NCBI GenBank assembly: GCA_947427205.1
Contig: CANEHB010000008.1
Span: 3,307 to 67,306, forward strand
Reading direction: 5' to 3'
Origin: an uncultured Clostridium sp.
GTDB lineage: Bacteria > Bacillota > Clostridia > TANB77 > CAG-508
DNA length: 64,000 bases
Made by a program: the position numbers and the translations under genes. A model generated the notes under the pieces. It saw nothing but the letters and a program-made list of their open reading frames with translations. It had not been told where the DNA came from and did not search any database. This document shows positions 1 to 10,418 of this stretch, piece after piece; within the stretch, counting starts at the first letter, position 1; every line of letters starts with the position of its first letter.

Positions 1-148
1 CACTAATTCTCAAATCCTTTGCTAAATTTCTAACTGATGGTAGTGCCTCTGCAGATTTTAATTCATTTGTATTTATTGCTCTTTTTATCTCTCTTTTTAT
101 TTGTTCATAAATAGGAATTTCACTATTATTACTTATAATTAAATTCAC
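1..148 (-). CDS. GntR-family (YtrA-like) transcriptional regulator, N-terminal fragment running off the window start
   Basis: Reverse-strand translation from GTG at 148 gives VNLIISNNSEIPIYEQIKREIKRAINTNELKSAEALPSVRNLAKDLRIS, a typical GntR winged-HTH N-terminus. AGAGGTG RBS lies upstream. The 3' end is outside the window. Confidence 0.45.
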   Translation of the reverse strand, partial: MNLIISNNSEIPIYEQIKREIKRAINTNELKSAEALPSVRNLAKDLRIS

Positions 149-304
149 TTCATCACCTCTTTATATATAACAGTATATGACAGTATAAAACAGTTGTCAA
201 TATAATTTAATAAAAATACATAAATTATATAGCAAAACTTTGTCTATTTCATAAACTATTATTGATAGATAATTTCTATTATCTATTAAAGGAGGATACT
301 ATTT

Positions 305-700
305 ATGTATAACTTTAATTGCATAATAAGAGCAGTTATTAGCTTTATTATAGGAATAATTATAGGAGCATTATTTTATTTTGCTTTTATTCCAAGTATA
401 ATAATTGCTATTTGGATTGCTTTTGGAATTTCAATTTTAAGCCTTATACTATTAACTATAATTTCGATTTTTGGAAAAGAAAGAACTGAAAAATGTATAT
501 GTAAAAACGGAAAATGTCTTACTATATCAATAATTGGGACTATTACTACTAGTGTTGCTGCACTTGGAATAACACTAGCTACAGGTGTTATATCTAGAGC
601 TATATTAATAGGATTATGGGGATTTTTATTTGCATTTCTATTAATAAATTTATTAGCTTTATTTATATGTTTAACTAAATCAAACTGTAGATGTCACTAA
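305..700 (+). CDS. Small polytopic membrane protein, function unknown
   Basis: 131-aa ORF with a strong AAAGGAGGA RBS. Highly hydrophobic with about 4 TM segments. Confidence 0.5.
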   Translation: MYNFNCIIRAVISFIIGIIIGALFYFAFIPSIIIAIWIAFGISILSLILLTIISIFGKERTEKCICKNGKCLTISIIGTITTSVAALGITLATGVISRAILIGLWGFLFAFLLINLLALFICLTKSNCRCH

Positions 701-1074
701 AAATGCATTAGAAAATTAATTAAATAAAATATTATTATTTGATTATAAAAGCTTTTACTAATAATATCTATTTAATGATATATATTAAGTAAAAGCTTTT
801 TATATTATAGACAAAATTAAAATAATAGATTATAATAATAATTGTAGGTAATAATAATAAATAGAATAATTTAAAATGTAGAATTAATAACTAATAATAC
901 ACAGGTGCTTTTGAGTGGAATATAAATTAATTGAAGTAAATAAAGAAAGCAAGAATGTGTTATATAATATGTAAGAAACAAGTTATTAGATATACATTTA
1001 ATATATAACATAAATAAATCTATTATTTACATAGATTAAAAAAAGTAAAAATACATTATTAAGGAGGAATATAT

Positions 1075-1389
1075 ATGATAAACCATATAAATAAAGATAC
1101 ATTTGAAAAAGATGTATTAAAAAACAAAAAATTAGTCTTGGTAGATTTTTTTGCTACTTGGTGTGGACCTTGTCAAATGTTAGCACCAGTTTTAGAAAAA
1201 ATTTCAAATGAAAGAAGTGACATTGAAATAGTAAAAATAGATATAGATGAAAATATGGAAACTGCCATAAAATATGGTATAGATGTAGTACCAACCTTAA
1301 AAATATTTAAAAATGGTACTATTATAAATTCTTTAGAAGGTTTTAAAAGCGAAAAAGAACTTATAGAAGAAATAGAAAAATGTTTATAA
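1075..1389 (+). CDS. trxA: Thioredoxin
   Basis: 104 aa with the WCGPC active-site motif. AAGGAGGA RBS upstream. Confidence 0.9.
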   Translation: MINHINKDTFEKDVLKNKKLVLVDFFATWCGPCQMLAPVLEKISNERSDIEIVKIDIDENMETAIKYGIDVVPTLKIFKNGTIINSLEGFKSEKELIEEIEKCL

Positions 1390-1438
1390 AAAAATTTGAT
1401 AAAGACTTTATATTATAGATGTCAAAAAAAGGAGAAAA

Positions 1439-1624
1439 ATGAAAGGTTATATTTTAAATCCAGATAGAGAATATGTAAATAAAATATTAGAAGGAATTTA
1501 CAGAAAAAATGGTCATTGTCCTTGTAGAGTAATATCTGATGAAAGTACCTTATGTCCTTGCGATGAATTCATAAAAAAAAGAATTTGTAAATGTAATTTA
1601 TATGTAAAAGATAATAATGAGTAA
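1439..1624 (+). CDS. Ferredoxin-thioredoxin-reductase catalytic-subunit-like Cys-rich protein
   Basis: 61 aa carrying CPC...CPC...CKC (HCPCRV...LCPCDEF...CKC). Lies immediately downstream of trxA and has an RBS. Confidence 0.55.
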   Translation: MKGYILNPDREYVNKILEGIYRKNGHCPCRVISDESTLCPCDEFIKKRICKCNLYVKDNNE

Positions 1625-1725
1625 TATACAAACTAGTTAGCCCTCAGTTTACTGAAAGCTAATTCTTATAAAAATCCACAAATAAACCTAATTTACCATT
1701 AATGCTAAAATAGAGGAACAAAAAA

Positions 1726-2433
1726 TTATTCCTCTATAAATAACGCTTTTGCTATGTAAGGTAAAACTCTTTCCGTATCATACCAACCAGATGGACTTTC
1801 ATTTTCTTCTCCATTTGGATTTGATACATAAATTTTATTTTCTCCATCTGTTGCAAGAAGCACCATATAATGTGACTTTTCTGTCCATCTTGCATCTGGT
1901 TTATTCCAAACACATATTAGAATAGGTCTATCTTTTTCTAATTGCTCTATAATTGCTTTCTTCGAAAAATATACTGTACTATAATAAAAGTCACTACATT
2001 TTATTCCAAATGTATTATTTAACTCTTTAGGTATATTTTCTCCTACAAGATGAGGCATATATTTTTTTCTTAAATCATCTGGTGTAAACTCATTTTTATA
2101 ACCACTTGTAATAATTGATATAGAAGTTATACCACAACCATTTTCTTCCATTGTTCCACCCCAATACTCTTTATTGCTCCAACTTGAATTTCCACCTTGC
2201 TTATATTCTTTATATTCTTTACTGCTGTCAGTTATAAAAATAGTGTCATATCCATCTTTTCCTTTAACTTTTTCTTGACCTATACCAGAATAATTTTTAT
2301 TTTGTGCCTGTCCTATATTTTTTATGTCAGTTTTAAAATATTTTTTTGCTAAACTAAAAGCAAAAAAAAGAATAATTAAAAGTATTAATAATTTTATAAT
2401 TTTTCTTAAAAAACTTTTATTTCTTTTTCTCAT
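1726..2433 (-). CDS. Membrane-anchored or secreted putative cysteine peptidase (C39-like domain)
   Basis: N-terminal TM/signal segment. A GCGITS motif (Cys nucleophile context) and a later His (SHYMVLL) suggest a papain/C39-like fold. This is a weak call. Confidence 0.35.
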   Translation of the reverse strand: MRKRNKSFLRKIIKLLILLIILFFAFSLAKKYFKTDIKNIGQAQNKNYSGIGQEKVKGKDGYDTIFITDSSKEYKEYKQGGNSSWSNKEYWGGTMEENGCGITSISIITSGYKNEFTPDDLRKKYMPHLVGENIPKELNNTFGIKCSDFYYSTVYFSKKAIIEQLEKDRPILICVWNKPDARWTEKSHYMVLLATDGENKIYVSNPNGEENESPSGWYDTERVLPYIAKALFIEE

Positions 2434-2522
2434 ATTGTTACCTCACACAATATATATCTTATATATATTTTACAAGTAACTTATTAATATTTTATTAACA
2501 CTTAATTAATCTTTTCTTAATA

Positions 2523-3332
2523 TTATATATCTTGCTCTTCATCTTCTTGAGTACTACTAGTATCATTATCTCCACTAAAAGAATCACTCGTTACATTCAT
2601 ACTTCTATTTTTATCTATCTTCTTTTTATTATTTTTCATATCTGCTATTGCAATAGCTTCAGAAACAATAGCTTTTGGAATAAAATGATTATTATTTGAA
2701 TCTTTTTTACTTTCATTTACTTGATTATTTTTTTGTATCTTTTGCATTTTTTTGTTTTTAATATTTTCTTTTACTCGATTTTTAGATGATTCTATTCTGC
2801 TTTTTATAGCATCTATAGTTATTTTTACAACTCCTGTAACTGCTGAAAAAGCTGAAATTTTAGCAAGTACATTACTTGCTTTTGATTCTATTTGAGTGTC
2901 TACACTTTCTTCTACTGAAGGTCCTTCATAATCTATGCTACTTTCCATTTCTTCAATTTCTCTTGCTAGTTCCTCTGCAATTTGCATACCTTCAATAATT
3001 AATTCATCACTTGTTAAATCTCCAAAATCTACATCTTGTTCAGATAAAGCATCTACATTTTTTATAAAATCTGCAACATTTGTTATCTTTGATATATCAC
3101 TCATTGCATCCAAATTTATGCTATTATCATTATCAATAAAAATAGCATAAACTGATCCTTTTTCTGAAGCTTCACTCCTAATAATATTTTCCATTACTGA
3201 CGCTAAAATAGGATTATTCCTTTTGTATTTCATATATTCTTTACTTATATATGAAATATATTTTGGATCACCACTAGATATTATTTTATTAACATTAGAA
3301 ATATATTTTTTTATTTCTTCGTCTTCTGTCAT
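2523..3332 (-). CDS. Acidic hypothetical protein
   Basis: 269-aa ORF, Asp/Glu-rich. Sits downstream in an apparent operon with the histidine kinase and response regulator. Confidence 0.4.
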   Translation of the reverse strand: MTEDEEIKKYISNVNKIISSGDPKYISYISKEYMKYKRNNPILASVMENIIRSEASEKGSVYAIFIDNDNSINLDAMSDISKITNVADFIKNVDALSEQDVDFGDLTSDELIIEGMQIAEELAREIEEMESSIDYEGPSVEESVDTQIESKASNVLAKISAFSAVTGVVKITIDAIKSRIESSKNRVKENIKNKKMQKIQKNNQVNESKKDSNNNHFIPKAIVSEAIAIADMKNNKKKIDKNRSMNVTSDSFSGDNDTSSTQEDEEQDI

Positions 3333-3377
3333 ATTAATTTTTCCTCATAAGATTTTATATACAAAATTATAGCATTC

Positions 3378-4463
3378 TTATACTTGTTTTGGCAATAATA
3401 CTTTAACACTAGTTCCTTTACCATATTCACTATCTAAAATAATTTCTGCACCATGCAAATCTAGTATTTCTTTCACAATAGCAAGACCCAAACCACTGCC
3501 TTCTGTAGAATGCGATTTATCAACTTGATAGAACTTTTCAAAAATCCTTTCTTGTTTTTCTTTTTCTATTCCTATTCCATTGTCTTTAATTTCTACTATT
3601 GCATAATCCTTATTTTCATCTAATATTACTTCTATTTTTCCATTTTCATTATTATATTTTATTGCATTATTTATTAAATTTATCCAAACTTGCTGAAGTA
3701 AATCTTCATTTCCTAAAATTGTAATATTTTTATCATTCATACTTATATCAATATTTTTATCTTCTACTTTTTGATTTAATATTATTATGCATTTTCTAAT
3801 CTGTTCATCTAATATAATCTTTTCATCTTTGTTAAAAAATTTCTTGTTCTCTATTTTAGAAAGGTTTTGTATATTGCTTGATAAATTAGCCAATCTTTCT
3901 GATTCTTCTATAATTATTGATATATATTCTTTTTTGTCTTCTTCTGTTATATTCTCATCTTCTAACAATTTAGCGAAACCTTGAATAGATGCTATAGGGG
4001 TTTTAAATTCATGTGAAATATTACTCATAAATTCTTTACTTAAATATTCTATACTATTTAATTCCTTAACCATTTTATTAAAATTTTTAGTTAACTCTCC
4101 AATCTCATCTTTTCTATTGGTTTCTAGATTTATTGTAAAATCGCCTTTAGCTACTCTTTGAGTTGCATTGTTTAACTTTTTAATCGGATTTATTATATGT
4201 CTTGCTACTATAATTACTAAAAGTATTCCTATTATTGATGCAATTGCTAATGTTTCTATAACACCTGATATTAACTGTTCTAATACATCTCCATTATTTG
4301 TAATATCCTCATCTACATTTATTATTATATGTTGTTTTTCTATTAAATCAAATAAATAATTTCTAGCATATCTAAAATACATACTTGTTATTAAAAACAT
4401 AAATATTAATATCATTATAAAAGCTATAATAATATGTGAGTATAGTGATTTCTTTTCTTTCAT
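3378..4463 (-). CDS. Sensor histidine kinase (HAMP-HisKA-HATPase)
   Basis: Two N-terminal TM segments. H-box HEFKTPIASIQGF and G2 box GSGLGLAIVKEIL are present. Confidence 0.85.
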   Translation of the reverse strand: MKEKKSLYSHIIIAFIMILIFMFLITSMYFRYARNYLFDLIEKQHIIINVDEDITNNGDVLEQLISGVIETLAIASIIGILLVIIVARHIINPIKKLNNATQRVAKGDFTINLETNRKDEIGELTKNFNKMVKELNSIEYLSKEFMSNISHEFKTPIASIQGFAKLLEDENITEEDKKEYISIIIEESERLANLSSNIQNLSKIENKKFFNKDEKIILDEQIRKCIIILNQKVEDKNIDISMNDKNITILGNEDLLQQVWINLINNAIKYNNENGKIEVILDENKDYAIVEIKDNGIGIEKEKQERIFEKFYQVDKSHSTEGSGLGLAIVKEILDLHGAEIILDSEYGKGTSVKVLLPKQV

Positions 4464-4473
4464 AAAAACCTCT

Positions 4474-5148
4474 TTATTTCTTTATTATGGCTTTATATCC
4501 AATTCCTCTTATTGTTAAAATTTCAAATTCCTCAAATTTATCAAATTTTTCTCTTAATCTTTTAATATGAACATCTACTGTTCTTTGCTCTGAATCACTT
4601 TCTAACCCCCATATTTCGTCTATTAATTCTTGCCTTGTAAAAATTTTATTTGGATAACTTAATAGTTTGTACAAAAGCTGAAATTCTTTTTGAGGAAGTT
4701 GAAAAACATCTTTTCCTTTTGCTAGTGTATATTCATCATAAGAAAGAAGTACATCATTTATTTTTAATTTTCTTTGATTAACTATATTTGCTCTTCTAAG
4801 AAGCACGCCTACCCTTAAAATCATCTCATCCATATCTATCGGTTTTACCATATAGTCATCAACACCTAATAAAAATCCTTGTCTTTTATCATCTATAGTA
4901 TCTTTTGCAGTTACAATAAGAATTGGAACTAAAAAATTTGCTTGTCTTAATTCTTTCGTAAGTTCATATCCATCTATGTTCGGCATCATTATATCACTAA
5001 TTATTAAGTCTACATGATTTTTATCAATTATATCCAAGGCAACTTTACCATCTTCTGCTTCTAAAACTTCATAATTATTCCTTTTCAAGTATGTTATCAT
5101 TAATTTTCTCAAGTTCTTATTATCTTCTACTACTAAAATTTTAAACAT
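4474..5148 (-). CDS. OmpR-family response regulator
   Basis: Receiver domain (DDxx...D, KP motif) plus a winged-helix C-terminus (trans_reg_C: LTxKEFxLL...). Lies 10 bp upstream of the kinase. Confidence 0.9.
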   Translation of the reverse strand: MFKILVVEDNKNLRKLMITYLKRNNYEVLEAEDGKVALDIIDKNHVDLIISDIMMPNIDGYELTKELRQANFLVPILIVTAKDTIDDKRQGFLLGVDDYMVKPIDMDEMILRVGVLLRRANIVNQRKLKINDVLLSYDEYTLAKGKDVFQLPQKEFQLLYKLLSYPNKIFTRQELIDEIWGLESDSEQRTVDVHIKRLREKFDKFEEFEILTIRGIGYKAIIKK

Positions 5149-5165
5149 TTTGCCTCCTATTTAAA

Positions 5166-5942
5166 TTATCTTACTGCTCCTTCAATATTCTCTATTAATT
5201 CTTCTTTACATTCATTTGGTAATTTTTCTTTTATAAAATATATTATATAAAATGGTAATATAGCTTGACCCAATAGCATTACTAATGGAAAAAAACTACC
5301 TGTAATATTATATATAATTTCTATTGGTGTATTAGGAAAGTTTTGTGATATAAACATAAAATTTGTACCTAAAATTAAATTAACAATATATGCAATAATT
5401 CCCAAAAATATTATTAAACTAAAATAATATTTTATATCACTTTTATTATATTCTATGTAATCTGTTAAATTAATTAACACTCCTAAGTATACCATAGTTC
5501 CATGTAAAACGAAACTTTGTATACTTATAAAATGCCACATTGGATAATTAGTAAGTGATGTAAGTGGTACAAGCATAAAACTTGCTCCTGCTATAATTCC
5601 TCCTGTAGCAAGAAATATATCTCCTACTTTTTTTATTGTGCCTTTTCCAAAAGCACTCATTAATCCAGTATATAAAATTAAACTACAAAAATATAATGGT
5701 ATATATGTATTTGGATTATTAGCATTTCCAGACCAAAGATTAAATACTATCTTTATAATTTCTAATCCCCATAAAAATATTGTACAATTTTTAATTATAT
5801 TTTTAATTTCTTTTTTTCCTTTATATAATGTATAGTGCAGTGCAGTTACAATTCCAACTATTGTAACACTAAGCAAAATCAAATGTCCAATAGAAAACAT
5901 CCCACACGCATTATATTCTCCAAGTTTTGAAAATAATCTCAT
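5166..5942 (-). CDS. Polytopic membrane protein, unknown function
   Basis: 258 aa with about 7 TM segments. Sits at the head of the two-component operon. Confidence 0.45.
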   Translation of the reverse strand: MRLFSKLGEYNACGMFSIGHLILLSVTIVGIVTALHYTLYKGKKEIKNIIKNCTIFLWGLEIIKIVFNLWSGNANNPNTYIPLYFCSLILYTGLMSAFGKGTIKKVGDIFLATGGIIAGASFMLVPLTSLTNYPMWHFISIQSFVLHGTMVYLGVLINLTDYIEYNKSDIKYYFSLIIFLGIIAYIVNLILGTNFMFISQNFPNTPIEIIYNITGSFFPLVMLLGQAILPFYIIYFIKEKLPNECKEELIENIEGAVR

Positions 5943-6067
5943 AATTCTCTCCTATTTATATAGTATTACTTTTTTACTTTTTATGTTATTACAAATATTA
6001 TGATAAAATTTATCTTATAGTAAAAGCATATCTCTATTATAAAATTTGTAAGAGACATGCTAAAAAT

Positions 6068-6616
6068 CTAAAATAACTCTTTTATATTTATCATACAAAT
6101 TATATCTTCAATTATATCTATAATAGAGTATACTATCATTACTATTCCTATTGTTACTATTATAGTACCTGAATTTAAAGCTATAAATAAACCACATCCA
6201 AACATAATTACTGCTAAAATTAAACTATATATCCAAGCTTTTACTTCTAAATCTCTCATTTTTAATGCTAAAGTTAATTTTATAAAAGAACTATAAATTA
6301 TCCATATTCCAATAATGATTCTTAAAATGGTTTCAATTGTAGTACTATAATAAATTGTTATAATTCCTATAACTATTGCCATTAATCCATATATTAGTTC
6401 ATAATTATATAATTCATAATGCTCTTTATAGGCACAAAAATATTTTATTACTTTTGCTAATCCTATACATATAAAAATAGCTCCTAATATATAAGAAATA
6501 ACTTTAATTGCAAGATCTGCTTTCCATACAAGTATACCACCTAAAATAATAAAAACTATTGATTCTAGTATTGAAATAATACCTGTTTTCTTTAACATTT
6601 TTTCAATATACTCCAT
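6068..6616 (-). CDS. DUF308/HdeD-like membrane protein
   Basis: 182 aa with repeated paired TM helices, typical of the HdeD-like family. Confidence 0.45.
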   Translation of the reverse strand: MEYIEKMLKKTGIISILESIVFIILGGILVWKADLAIKVISYILGAIFICIGLAKVIKYFCAYKEHYELYNYELIYGLMAIVIGIITIYYSTTIETILRIIIGIWIIYSSFIKLTLALKMRDLEVKAWIYSLILAVIMFGCGLFIALNSGTIIVTIGIVMIVYSIIDIIEDIICMINIKELF

Positions 6617-6834
6617 ATGATTTTCCTCCTAAAATTTACATATATCTACATTTTTCGATTTTATTAGATTAAATTTATCATTCAATTATGAACTTAATAT
6701 GAACTTTGGATTAAGATAAAATTAATTATTATAATATTTGTCAAGTCCTATAAAATTTATTATAAATATTAGTAAAATCCTATTATTATAAGTTTCTCCT
6801 GTTAATTTGCACAAATATTATTTAATACCAGAAA

Positions 6835-6868
6835 AAGACGCCACCTTTTTAAGTAGCGTCTATTCTAT
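6835..6868 (-). terminator. Rho-independent terminator downstream of the 6915..7745 gene
   Basis: The minus strand reads GACGC-loop-GCGTC followed by a TTTTT run. Confidence 0.4.
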
Positions 6869-6914
6869 CAAGAAAAAATTTTTTTACTAATTTAACACGT
6901 TTGGTAACTTGCCA

Positions 6915-7745
6915 TTATTTTTCTTCGTCATGAACAATCTCAATAACTACAAGTGGCATTCCCATCGGAAGATGTGCAAATGTCATACTGTTATGTTTTT
7001 CGTATTCTTCAAGTGCGTTCGTTAATCCTGAAATTGCTACTTCGTACTCTGAATCTGTTGGATTTGAAGTAACCAAAAATTCCATAAAATATAACTTTTC
7101 CTTATACCTTATAGTTGCCAGTAGAATATATAATATCATCCCTACTAGTAATGTATAAAAGTAATTAGGTAAGAGCACTGCTATTGCTGGAATCCACCAC
7201 CCTGTAATTCTGTACAAGAACTCTAAAGAGCCACACCTTGGTGAAAGATTTGAATACCTTTCTATTTCTTCCTTTGTTGGAACTCGTCCCAGATCATAGA
7301 ACCCATTTATTACTGCGTGTTCAGCAGCATGATATTTTATGAAACTAATGTACTCTTTTTTCCGAAAAATCCTACCACCTATAAACACCATAAAAATTTG
7401 TGGATCCATTAAAACCGAAATCAGTATAAATAAAAAGCTCATGAATATCCTCATCCAGTATGTCCCACTAAATATGGCAATGAGTAAGAAACACATAAAT
7501 ATAATCTTTCCTACTATCTCTTTTACAATGTGTTCTACTTTTTTTTGCTTATCCCAGAACTTTTTATCATACCATTCTCTCGTTATTTCTGAAACTGCTC
7601 TTCCTTCAGAAATTGTTGTTGTTACCGTTGGCCCATTCATTACAAACGGACCTAAAAAGTTTTTAGATACAGTAAAAGCTATACCATTACTGGAGCTTAA
7701 CCCCTGTATTATAATATCGCCTTTCCGCTTTACAACTTTTTTCAT
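6915..7745 (-). CDS. DUF1385 (YqhQ-like) membrane protein
   Basis: 276 aa with an internal TM block followed by a YHAAEHAVIN motif that resembles the HGAEHK signature of DUF1385. Assigned from memory, not verified. Confidence 0.4.
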   Translation of the reverse strand: MKKVVKRKGDIIIQGLSSSNGIAFTVSKNFLGPFVMNGPTVTTTISEGRAVSEITREWYDKKFWDKQKKVEHIVKEIVGKIIFMCFLLIAIFSGTYWMRIFMSFLFILISVLMDPQIFMVFIGGRIFRKKEYISFIKYHAAEHAVINGFYDLGRVPTKEEIERYSNLSPRCGSLEFLYRITGWWIPAIAVLLPNYFYTLLVGMILYILLATIRYKEKLYFMEFLVTSNPTDSEYEVAISGLTNALEEYEKHNSMTFAHLPMGMPLVVIEIVHDEEK

Positions 7746-7810
7746 ATCGTGTCCTCCTAATTCATATATTATGTAAATTATTATACCATTTTTTTATATT
7801 TTATACAAGT

Positions 7811-8284
7811 TTAAGTATTTGATTTTACTAATTCTAGTATTTCTTTAGGAAGATATTTTGAAACGTCTTTTCCATTTTCCATAAGTTCCATAACTAAGCT
7901 CGAACTTATATTTCCTAATTTTCCAGCTCTAATATAAATTGTATCTAATTCTGATATTTCTTCATTTATTGATGCCATATTTTCTTCATATTCATAATCC
8001 ATACCATTTCGTATTCCTCTTACAAAAAAATTAGCATTATATTCCAAAGCTGCATCAACAGACAAGTTATCATAAGTAATAACAGATACATTTAAAAGAT
8101 TCTCCTTTTCTAATACTTTTTCTATTGCCTGTTTCATTAAATAATTATCATATCTTGGTTTCTTTTTCTTATTTATTCCAATTCCTATATAAAGTTTGTC
8201 AAATATTTTACTTGCTTGTTGAACAACATGTAAATGGCCATTAGTAAATGGAGAAAAGCTCCCTGTATAAAATCCAATATTCAT
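7811..8284 (-). CDS. coaD: Phosphopantetheine adenylyltransferase
   Basis: 157 aa with the N-terminal GSFSPFTNGH nucleotidyltransferase (T/HxGH) motif and a size typical of CoaD. Confidence 0.85.
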   Translation of the reverse strand: MNIGFYTGSFSPFTNGHLHVVQQASKIFDKLYIGIGINKKKKPRYDNYLMKQAIEKVLEKENLLNVSVITYDNLSVDAALEYNANFFVRGIRNGMDYEYEENMASINEEISELDTIYIRAGKLGNISSSLVMELMENGKDVSKYLPKEILELVKSNT

Positions 8285-8453
8285 AAAAACTCCTATTAAT
8301 AAAAATTAAAATATTTTTTCATTATAAATAACTTTCATTCTAAATATATTTTCTATTATATCATCTACAAATACTTTTCTCAATGTGCTTTTTAGTTTAT
8401 TTATCTATTATCAATTGCATTTAGTAAAAAAATATTATTATAAAATAATAATT

Positions 8454-9575
8454 CTACATTTTATATCCTAAATCTACTTCTAAATTAGTCTCTCTTTCTC
8501 CTCTTTTAATAGTTAAATTTACTTTTTCTCCTGGCGATTTTGTATAAATATATTTCTTTAAGTCATTCATTTTACTTATTTCTATATTATCAATTTTAGT
8601 AATTATATCTCCTACCTTTAATTCCTTATTAAATAATGGTCCGTCAGCTAAAATAGTTGCAACATATACACCACTTTGTATATTCAAATTTGAATCTAAA
8701 TATGGAATAACCTCTTTATCGTAACCATAAATTCCTAAGTATGCTTCATCAAACTTTCCATTTTGAATTAGCTTCTCTAATATTGGTTTTATTATATTGA
8801 TTGGAACTGCAAATCCAATTCCTTCTGCATCACTTATCTTTACAGTATTTATTCCTATTAATTCTCCATTTGTATTAATTAATGGTCCACCACTATTTCC
8901 TTCATTTATTGTTGCATCAGTTTGAATTAAATCCTCCATATAGTTTCCTTGTTCACCCTCTTCTATTTTTATAGTTCTATCAATTCCACTTATGATTCCT
9001 TTTGTTACCGTTCTTTGAAATTCAATTCCTATAGGATTTCCAATAGCATAAACTTCATCTGCTAAATTTATATTATCAGAATCTGCAAGCTCTATATAAT
9101 CTAAATTACTAGCTGTTATTTTTACAATAGCCAAATCTAAATTATTGTCTGACCATACAACTGAACCATTATAAGTAATACCAGATTCTAATGTAATATA
9201 ACAATTACTATACTTATTTCCAGCAACATGTTGATTTGTTAATATATATCCATTATCAGATAAAATAATTCCACTACCTAGCCCAAGCTTTTCTTCTGAA
9301 CTATTTAAAAAAATAGAGTTTCCATTTGTTTGAAGTTTTGAAATTCCTACAACACTTTTTACCACAGAATTAATCATTTCTGAAGTATCTTTTTCCACAT
9401 TTTCCTCAATATTTGTGGACAGTTTGCTAACATCATAATTTGTAGTCGTAGTTTCAACATTCTTATTTGAGTCTAATTTTATTATTAAAACTCCTAAAAG
9501 GGCTACTATTGTTATCATAAACGCAATTATGATTATTTGCCCTTTTTTTCTATCACTTTTACTCTCATAATACAT
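8454..9575 (-). CDS. HtrA/DegP-family serine protease with PDZ domain
   Basis: N-terminal TM segment, trypsin-like domain with GNSGGPL around the catalytic Ser, and a C-terminal PDZ domain. Confidence 0.85.
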   Translation of the reverse strand: MYYESKSDRKKGQIIIIAFMITIVALLGVLIIKLDSNKNVETTTTNYDVSKLSTNIEENVEKDTSEMINSVVKSVVGISKLQTNGNSIFLNSSEEKLGLGSGIILSDNGYILTNQHVAGNKYSNCYITLESGITYNGSVVWSDNNLDLAIVKITASNLDYIELADSDNINLADEVYAIGNPIGIEFQRTVTKGIISGIDRTIKIEEGEQGNYMEDLIQTDATINEGNSGGPLINTNGELIGINTVKISDAEGIGFAVPINIIKPILEKLIQNGKFDEAYLGIYGYDKEVIPYLDSNLNIQSGVYVATILADGPLFNKELKVGDIITKIDNIEISKMNDLKKYIYTKSPGEKVNLTIKRGERETNLEVDLGYKM

Positions 9576-9728
9576 ATATTCTCATTCCTTTCTGAAATAT
9601 TTTTCCATTTTTTTCTTATTTTATACATCATTATTTTTTTAATATTTTGCACATAATAAAAGTGTGTATCATACATATTTACTTATTTAATAAATAATGA
9701 TAATATGTAAATATTAAAGGAGTTATAT

Positions 9729-10349
9729 ATGATTTCAAAAAATATAAATTGTACAGAATTAAAAGACTATAAAATTATAATAGAAGCTTTAAAATCTGAA
9801 GATGTATATACAAAAAATCATTCAAAAAGAGTTTCTAAATACTCATTTTTAATTGGTAAAAAATTAGGACTTTCAAATTCAGATTTAGAAACATTAAAAC
9901 TTGGTGGTATATTCCATGATATAGGAAAAGTTGAAATCCCTGATTCTATTTTACTAAAAAATGGTAAATTAACAGATGAAGAATATTCAGAAATGAAAAA
10001 ACATCCTACTATTGGAAAAGACATCCTTTCAAATTCAGAATTATTTGAAGATATATTACCTATAGTAATGTATCATCATGAAAGATTTGATGGAACAGGT
10101 TATCCTTATGGACTTTCAAATAATGATATTCCATTTCTTGCAAAAATCGTTACTGTTGCTGATGCATTTGATGCTATGACAAGCAAACGCTCTTATAGAG
10201 ATGAATTAAATTTAAGCTATGTAAAAAACGAACTACAATCAAACTCTGGAACTCAATTTGACCCTATTGTTATAAAAACTCTATTAGACATTTTAGAAAA
10301 TGATTATATAGAAATTCAAAAAATAAAAATGGAAAACTCAGCATTTTAG
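9729..10349 (+). CDS. HD-GYP domain phosphohydrolase (putative c-di-GMP phosphodiesterase)
   Basis: HD motif (IFHDIGK) and a GYP motif (GTGYPYGL). RBS upstream. Confidence 0.8.
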   Translation: MISKNINCTELKDYKIIIEALKSEDVYTKNHSKRVSKYSFLIGKKLGLSNSDLETLKLGGIFHDIGKVEIPDSILLKNGKLTDEEYSEMKKHPTIGKDILSNSELFEDILPIVMYHHERFDGTGYPYGLSNNDIPFLAKIVTVADAFDAMTSKRSYRDELNLSYVKNELQSNSGTQFDPIVIKTLLDILENDYIEIQKIKMENSAF

Positions 10350-10418
10350 CTTTATTTTCTATAATATAAAAACGTTATTAAAATTTTAATTTATACATTA
10401 ATTTAAGGAGGAAAAAAT

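Noticed and set aside
1439-1624. The Cys-rich 61-aa protein as a rubredoxin or zinc-ribbon protein
   Set aside because: Rubredoxin has CxxC pairs, whereas this has CPC pairs with FTR-like spacing and a trxA neighbour. It is kept as FTR-like at moderate confidence.
2935-3150. Many short ORFs on the opposite strand of confirmed genes. Examples are 2935..3150, 3787..3984, 4168..4359, 12676..13026, 13213..13596, 25050..25319, 32942..33322, 40504..40785, 52003..52551 and 61499..61999.
   Set aside because: They lie wholly within longer, motif-supported genes on the other strand. They are low-complexity translations of AT-rich antisense sequence with no RBS. These are shadow ORFs.
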